A program made the translations under genes and the position numbers. Below, in pieces: positions 7,351 through 11,156 of a DNA stretch of 11,156 bases. Numbering within the stretch: position 1 is the stretch's first letter; each line of letters starts with the position of its first letter. The DNA is taken from positions 1-11,156 of the forward strand of contig JAVHPP010000106.1 in the NCBI GenBank assembly GCA_036170655.1. The letters are read 5' to 3'. The stretch is from Candidatus Zixiibacteriota bacterium. Its GTDB lineage: Bacteria; Zixibacteria; MSB-5A5; WJJR01. The notes beneath the pieces were generated by a model, which saw only the letters and a program-made list of their open reading frames with translations, did no database searches and was not told the origin of the DNA.

Positions 7351-7743
7351 ATGGTACGCAAGCTCTTCGTGGCCTTAGTTTCGCTGCTGCTCTCCTCTGC
7401 CGTTATGGCACAAGACGCAGCCAAGACGAACCCAGGCAAGTACACGGTCGTTATGGAGAACGAGCGGGTGCGTGTGCTTGACTATCGCGACCACCCCGGC
7501 GACAAGACTACGCAACACAGCCACCCGGATTTCGTCCTTTACGCGCTGAGCGACTTTCAGCGGAGACTTACGTTTCCCGATGGCAAGTCGGTGACCCGCG
7601 AGTTCAAGACGGGCGATGTGGTGTTCATGAAGGCCCAGACGCACGTCGGGGAAAACATCGGCAAGACGGACACGCATGTGATCATCGTCGAGCTCAAAGA
7701 ACCACAACCGTCGCTGACTGCTCCCACACCACCGAAGAGGTAA
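7351..7743 (+). CDS. Secreted/periplasmic cupin-domain protein
   Basis: Strong RBS AAGGAG just upstream; Sec signal peptide MVRKLFVALVSLLLSSAVMA|QD; cupin features ENERVRV, PGDKTTQHSHP, GDVVFM...THVGENIG...IIVELK. Confidence 0.85.
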   Translation: MVRKLFVALVSLLLSSAVMAQDAAKTNPGKYTVVMENERVRVLDYRDHPGDKTTQHSHPDFVLYALSDFQRRLTFPDGKSVTREFKTGDVVFMKAQTHVGENIGKTDTHVIIVELKEPQPSLTAPTPPKR

Positions 7744-7750
7744 CGACGGT

Positions 7751-7827
7751 TCTGTGCATTGCGCGACGGGTGGCTTTTTCAATTCACCCCAGAGATTGCG
7801 GCCACCCAGTCGCGCATCGCATCCAGA
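7751..7827. repeat. Long imperfect inverted repeat between cupin and MFS genes
   Basis: TGCGCGAC-GGGTGGC (7760-7774) pairs with GCCACCC-A-GTCGCGCA (7801-7816) with one bulged A; inner CAAT/ATTG; outer TCTG-TGC/GCA-TC-CAGA. Confidence 0.7.
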
Positions 7828-7855
7828 CGGTATCATGGGGAAAGTGGGGGGATCC

Positions 7856-9142
7856 ATGGCCGATTCAGAGAGGGCACCGCTTCTAAACGAGAGCAAGAAT
7901 CCTACGAGGCGGCACTTCGTCATCCTCGCGATGGCGTGGGCCGGGTGGCTCTTCGATTTCTACGACCTCATGCTCCTTTCTTTCCTCTTGATGCCCATCA
8001 AGCGGGATCTGGGTCTGGGGAACTGGGAACTCTCCTTTCTGCTGGGGACAACCCTGGCGGCCACGGCCTTTGGGGGCATCATTTTCGGGGGCCTCGCGGA
8101 CCGGTTCGGGCGCAAGAAGGTCCTGACTTGGACTCTGCTCACCTATTCGATCGGCACCTTTTTCTGCGGCATGTCGCACGCGTTCTGGATATTCCTCCTT
8201 TTTCGGATCGTCACCGGACTCGGCGTGGGCGGAGAGTGGGCGACAGGGCAGACCCTCATCGGCGAGACCTTCCCCGCGAGGATGCGCGCGCGCTTCGCCG
8301 CCGTGATGCAGACAGGGGCGCCCATGGGTGTCCTCCTGGCCTCCGTGGTGGGCTCCTTCCTCGAACCCGTTTTTGCTTCTCACTGGGGACCGAGCTGGGG
8401 CTGGAGAGCCTGCTTTTTCGTGTCTGTCCTGCCCGCAATTCTGGTTGTGTTCATAAGAAGATACATGCCCGAATCCGATGTGTGGAAGGGCCAGAAACGC
8501 TCCCCGGTCGCGATCGCTCTGCTCACCGAACTGCGTTCCAACAAGACTCTGCGGAAGTTCTTCCTCTACGGACTGGTGCTGGCTTTGGCGGACATGTCGG
8601 CTTACTGGTTCACTTACACGTGGATGCCGAAATACCTCTACGACCAGCTCGGGTTTTCCCTGGTCAAGTCCGGCTGGTGGATGATCGTGACCCAGATGGC
8701 GGGCCTCGCGGGTTACCTCTCCTATGGGTTTGTGGCTGACTGGAAGGGACGCCGGTGGGCGTACTCACTCTTTTCAATGACCTGGGCTTTAGGACTTGTT
8801 GGCATCACTTGGTTCTGGGGCGCGATGGACCAACTTCCCTGGCTACCTCTTGTCTTTATGGTCCTGGTCGGTTTGGGGACGGGAAATTTCTCGGGTTACG
8901 GGCCCATCTTCTCGGAGCTTTTCCCCACGCGCATCCGGTCGAGCGCCATGGGGACCGCCTTCAACTTAGCTCGGGGTGTGCAGTTTTTCACGCCGCTCAT
9001 TATCACATGGGTCACGACCCTCCCGTTGGCCCAAGGCCACGGCCTGGGTGCGGGAATCTCCATCGGCGCCTTTTTCGCGCTCTTCACGGGGGCGTGGGTT
9101 TGGATTCTGCCTGAGACCAAGGGAACGGAAATCAAGGAATAG
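7856..9142 (+). CDS. MFS transporter (sialate/aromatic-acid:H+ symporter-like)
   Basis: About 12 hydrophobic segments; GWLFDFYD in TM1, motif A GGLADRFGRKK, FRIVTGLGVGGEW, ETFPARMR, ADWKGRR, SELFPTRIRS. ATG 7856 follows GGGGGGA; alternative ATG 7835. Confidence 0.92.
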   Translation: MADSERAPLLNESKNPTRRHFVILAMAWAGWLFDFYDLMLLSFLLMPIKRDLGLGNWELSFLLGTTLAATAFGGIIFGGLADRFGRKKVLTWTLLTYSIGTFFCGMSHAFWIFLLFRIVTGLGVGGEWATGQTLIGETFPARMRARFAAVMQTGAPMGVLLASVVGSFLEPVFASHWGPSWGWRACFFVSVLPAILVVFIRRYMPESDVWKGQKRSPVAIALLTELRSNKTLRKFFLYGLVLALADMSAYWFTYTWMPKYLYDQLGFSLVKSGWWMIVTQMAGLAGYLSYGFVADWKGRRWAYSLFSMTWALGLVGITWFWGAMDQLPWLPLVFMVLVGLGTGNFSGYGPIFSELFPTRIRSSAMGTAFNLARGVQFFTPLIITWVTTLPLAQGHGLGAGISIGAFFALFTGAWVWILPETKGTEIKE

Positions 9143-9179
9143 GACAGAATGTCAATTGCGTCATGTCGGCCGGGTGCCA

Positions 9180-11156
9180 TCACACGGCCGCCGCCACATT
9201 TTCTTCAGCGCCCACCGGCAGGTAGATGTGGAAGGTTGTGCCCTTGCCCACTTCGGTGTCGAAGGTGATCTGGCCGCCGTGTTTCTCGGCGATGATGGAC
9301 CGGGCGATCGTCAGCCCCTGACCGGTGCCACGGCCGACTCCCTTGGTCGTAAAGAAGTGTTCAAAGATACGGCCGCGGATCGCCTCGGGAATCCCCGTGC
9401 CGGTGTCGGAGATGGCGATATGGACAAGGTCGCCCTCGAGGGCGAGCGCTTTCGCATCAAAGGCCGCGTCAGACGCGCGTATCAGCCGCGTCGAGACCGT
9501 GATCGTCCCCTTGTTGTTCTCCCCCTTGCCCGGCACGTCGCCGATGGCATGCGCGGCGTTGACGAGAAGATTGAGGACGACCTGATTGATGTCGCCAAGA
9601 TGGCACCACACTGGCGGCAGGTTATCGTCGAAATCCGTGACCACGTCGGCAACATATTTGAGTTCGTTGTGCGTGACCGTCAGCGTGCTCTGAATTGCCT
9701 TGTTGAGATCGGCTGGAGCTTTCCGGCCATGGTCGGGATGCGAGAACTCTTTCATTGCGCGCACAATCGACGCCACACGCGCGACACCGTCCAGTGTTTC
9801 CTCGATCGCCTTCGGTGTTTCCTGGCGCAGGAACTCGATATCAATACTCTGATTCGCTTCAGTAAACTCCCGGATTCTGCCGGCGAATTCGGGGTGCAGC
9901 CCCAGTTCGGCGATCAACTGGCTGCTCCGTTCTGTCAGCGTCAGCAGATCGGCAAACGAGTCGGACAGGAAGCGCACATTGTCGCCCACAAACTGGATGG
10001 GGGTGTTGATTTCGTGCGCGATCCCGGCGGCGAGCGAGCCGACCGCCTCCAGTTTCTGCGATTGCCGCAACTGCATTTCGAGGGCCATCTCTTGCGTGAT
10101 GTCGTGTTTGACGCCCACGTAGTTCACGATGCGCCCCGAGGCGTCGCGCACCGGCGAGATCGTCGCCTTCTCATGGAGGAGAGTTCCGTCCTTGCGCTTG
10201 TTGATCAATTGCCCGTGCCAGACATCGCCGCGCTTGATGGTCTCCCACAGTTCATGGAAGAACGCCTGATCGTGCCGGCCGCTGTTGACGATGCTCGGAC
10301 GCTGGCCTACGGCTTCTTCGGAGGAATACCCCGACACCCGTGTGAAGGCGGGGTTGACATATTGGATGATTCCCTGTGCGTCCGTGATGACGATGGAATC
10401 GACCGCCTGCTCGACGGCCGTGGCCAGTCGCGCCTGCATCGCTTCGGCGCGCTTCCGTTCGGTGATGTCGGTCCCGAGCAAAACATATCCGGAGAGATGC
10501 TTGACGCCGTCATTGCCCGGCGACTCGACCGGCGTGACCGTCAAGGACAACCGTCCGGACGATCCGTCCATTCGGCGGTAGTCCACGCCGTCGTCGTGTA
10601 CCGGCGAGCCGATGGTCTCGCATTGTCCGAGCAAACGTCTCGTGCGCTCGTTATCCCAGGGGATGCCCGCTTTGTCGAACCGGCGTCCAATCGCCGTCTC
10701 CGCCGATACCGCCAGGATCGCCTCCGCCGCAACGTTCCATCGCGTGATTGTTCCCGTGATATCCAGCCCGATCAGCGCATACGAAATGGACCCGATCAGC
10801 CGGTCCAGTTCATCGCGGCTGCCTTCGGCGGCGACCATCTGCATCAGCGTGTGATTGTACTCCTGCATGTACCGACGCGACTTCTGCAACTCCTGAATCA
10901 TCGAGTCGAACGATGCCGCGAGATCCCCAATCTCGTCCCGTTTCGTTCTCATGCCGACCGGCGAGTAATCGCCTTTGGCCACCCGCCGTGCCGCGCCCGA
11001 CAATTGCCGGAGTGAACGGACGATGCCTCTCTGTTTGTAGAGGAGCGTGCCGGCAATCCCAATGATCAAGACCAGCGCGAAGATCAGCGACTCCCAGCGG
11101 GTGATCGCCTCGAGCTGCAATCGCATTTCCGCAAGCGAGATGGTCATCGCGATGGC
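9180..11156 (-). CDS. Membrane sensor histidine kinase (TM-HAMP-PAS-PAS-HisKA-HATPase), 5' end outside window
   Basis: Frame is open to the right edge; TM helix, HAMP (RDEIGDLAASFDSM), two PAS/PAC domains (WNVAAEAILA, VNPAFTRVSGY), H box LAAGIAHEINTP, N box NLLVNAAHA, G1 DTGTGI, F FFTTK, G2 GTGQGL; stop at 9180-9182. Confidence 0.95.
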   Translation of the reverse strand, partial: AIAMTISLAEMRLQLEAITRWESLIFALVLIIGIAGTLLYKQRGIVRSLRQLSGAARRVAKGDYSPVGMRTKRDEIGDLAASFDSMIQELQKSRRYMQEYNHTLMQMVAAEGSRDELDRLIGSISYALIGLDITGTITRWNVAAEAILAVSAETAIGRRFDKAGIPWDNERTRRLLGQCETIGSPVHDDGVDYRRMDGSSGRLSLTVTPVESPGNDGVKHLSGYVLLGTDITERKRAEAMQARLATAVEQAVDSIVITDAQGIIQYVNPAFTRVSGYSSEEAVGQRPSIVNSGRHDQAFFHELWETIKRGDVWHGQLINKRKDGTLLHEKATISPVRDASGRIVNYVGVKHDITQEMALEMQLRQSQKLEAVGSLAAGIAHEINTPIQFVGDNVRFLSDSFADLLTLTERSSQLIAELGLHPEFAGRIREFTEANQSIDIEFLRQETPKAIEETLDGVARVASIVRAMKEFSHPDHGRKAPADLNKAIQSTLTVTHNELKYVADVVTDFDDNLPPVWCHLGDINQVVLNLLVNAAHAIGDVPGKGENNKGTITVSTRLIRASDAAFDAKALALEGDLVHIAISDTGTGIPEAIRGRIFEHFFTTKGVGRGTGQGLTIARSIIAEKHGGQITFDTEVGKGTTFHIYLPVGAEENVAAAV

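Noticed and set aside
7759..8739. 326-aa alternative-frame ORF inside the MFS gene
   Set aside because: Arg/Pro/Gly-rich off-frame translation; the MFS frame is intact, so there is no evidence of a frameshift or overprinting.
9143..9179. Bidirectional terminator between the convergent MFS and kinase genes
   Set aside because: Only a weak GACA/TGTC stem, with no U-tract on either strand.
8976..11015. 679-aa + strand ORF
   Set aside because: Antisense shadow of the histidine kinase; no recognisable motifs; long opposite-strand frames are expected in GC-rich genes.

Overview
GC-rich bacterial chromosomal window made mostly of housekeeping genes. On the + strand: the 3' end of an upstream CDS (possibly DUF4153-like), a short hydrolase-like remnant, tRNA-Ile2(CAT), tRNA-Val(CAC), a structured leader with an intrinsic terminator, a coiled-coil/C4 zinc-ribbon protein (DUF164/CT398-like), guaB, a ~430-bp intergenic region with a strong sigma70 promoter, type A RNase P RNA (rnpB), recJ, meaB, a secreted cupin and an MFS transporter. 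A HAMP-PAS-PAS histidine kinase on the - strand converges on the MFS gene and runs off the right edge. I see no CRISPR array, transposase or integrase. The most interesting signals are non-coding: (i) a possible attenuator or riboswitch upstream of the zinc-ribbon/guaB genes, with mutually exclusive helices and partial ZTP-riboswitch resemblance; (ii) an rnpB with a branched P3 and a long P1 abutting the recJ RBS; (iii) a hairpin cluster between guaB and rnpB; (iv) a long bulged palindrome after the cupin gene. All structures were paired by eye and need computational confirmation.
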